A stretch of 64,000 nucleotides of DNA from Eledone cirrhosa (taxonomy: Eukaryota): positions 203,050,001 to 203,114,000 of the forward strand of contig OZ024740.1 of the NCBI GenBank assembly GCA_964016885.1, written 5' to 3'. The notes beneath the pieces are model-generated. The model was not told the origin of the DNA. It saw only the letters and a list, made by a program, of their open reading frames with translations, and did no database searches. Below are positions 63,501 through 64,000 of this stretch, one piece after another. How positions within the stretch are numbered: position 1 is the stretch's first letter; the number at the start of each line of letters is the position of its first letter. The translations under genes and the position numbers were made by a program.

Positions 63501-64000
63501 ATAACACTGGAATTAACAACAACAACAACAACAACAATAACATGCATAACAATAACACTGGAATTAACAACAACAACAACAATAACATGCATAACAATAA
63601 CACTGGAATTAACAACAACAACAACAATAACATGCATAACAATAACACTGGAATTTACAACAACAACAACAACAACAATAACATGCATAACAATAACACT
63701 GGAATTAACAACAACAACAACAACAATAAAATGTATAACAATAACACTGGAATTAACAACAACAACAACAATAACATGCATAACAATAACACTGGAATTA
63801 ACAACAACAACAACAATAACATGCATAACAATAACACTGGAATTAACAACAACAACAACAACAATAACATGCATAACAATAACACTGGAATTAACAACAA
63901 CAACAACAACAACAATAACATGCATAACAATAACACTGGAATTAACAACAACAACAACAATAACATGCATAACAATAACACTGGAATTAACAACAACAAC
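21110..64000 (+). repeat. Satellite array, unit GGAATT(AAC/AAT)nAACATGCATAACAATAACACT, typically 45-48 bp, roughly 900 units (length/unit estimate), continuing off the right edge
   Basis: Uninterrupted repetition for about 42.9 kb. Length variation is mostly in the (AAC)n run. No foreign insertion seen. Confidence 0.99.

Noticed and set aside
21110-64000. Giant ORFs up to about 3000 aa (poly-N/T/L/V: [39 protein letters not shown])
   Set aside because: They are an automatic result of a triplet-based satellite. Several frames on both strands are open at once, frameshift variants are common, and there is no unique domain or gene structure.
21110-64000. CRISPR-like constant repeat with variable spacer
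   Set aside because: The spacers are only (AAC/AAT)n length variants, there are no cas genes, and the context is eukaryotic.

Overview
Eukaryotic, AT-rich, repeat-dominated DNA with no supportable host protein-coding gene. The SINE families look like those of octopus, so a cephalopod source is inferred. Positions 1-1.6 kb hold a 30-bp minisatellite that has expanded inside the AP-endonuclease region of a dead RTE-type LINE. Positions 1.6-21 kb are a dense graveyard of Penelope-like retroelements (PLEs) sitting in (TA)n tracts: three decayed Naiad-type RT/GIY-YIG copies, one PLE of a different clade with a ~510-bp inverted pLTR, and several isolated PLE 3' ends. These carry at least seven type I hammerhead ribozyme motifs, plus one motif with a non-canonical CCAUCGA core and one half motif. 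There are also four SINEs and a small CpG-rich island with paired CRE, E-box and MRE-like sites. Positions 21.1-64 kb are a single >42-kb satellite (unit about 45-48 bp, GGAATT(AAC)nAATAACATGCATAACAATAACACT) with multi-kb higher-order duplications. Its start is mirrored by a short inverted copy across a (TA)n tract. All the long low-complexity ORFs in the track are repeat artefacts. All structures and alignments were read by eye, not computed.
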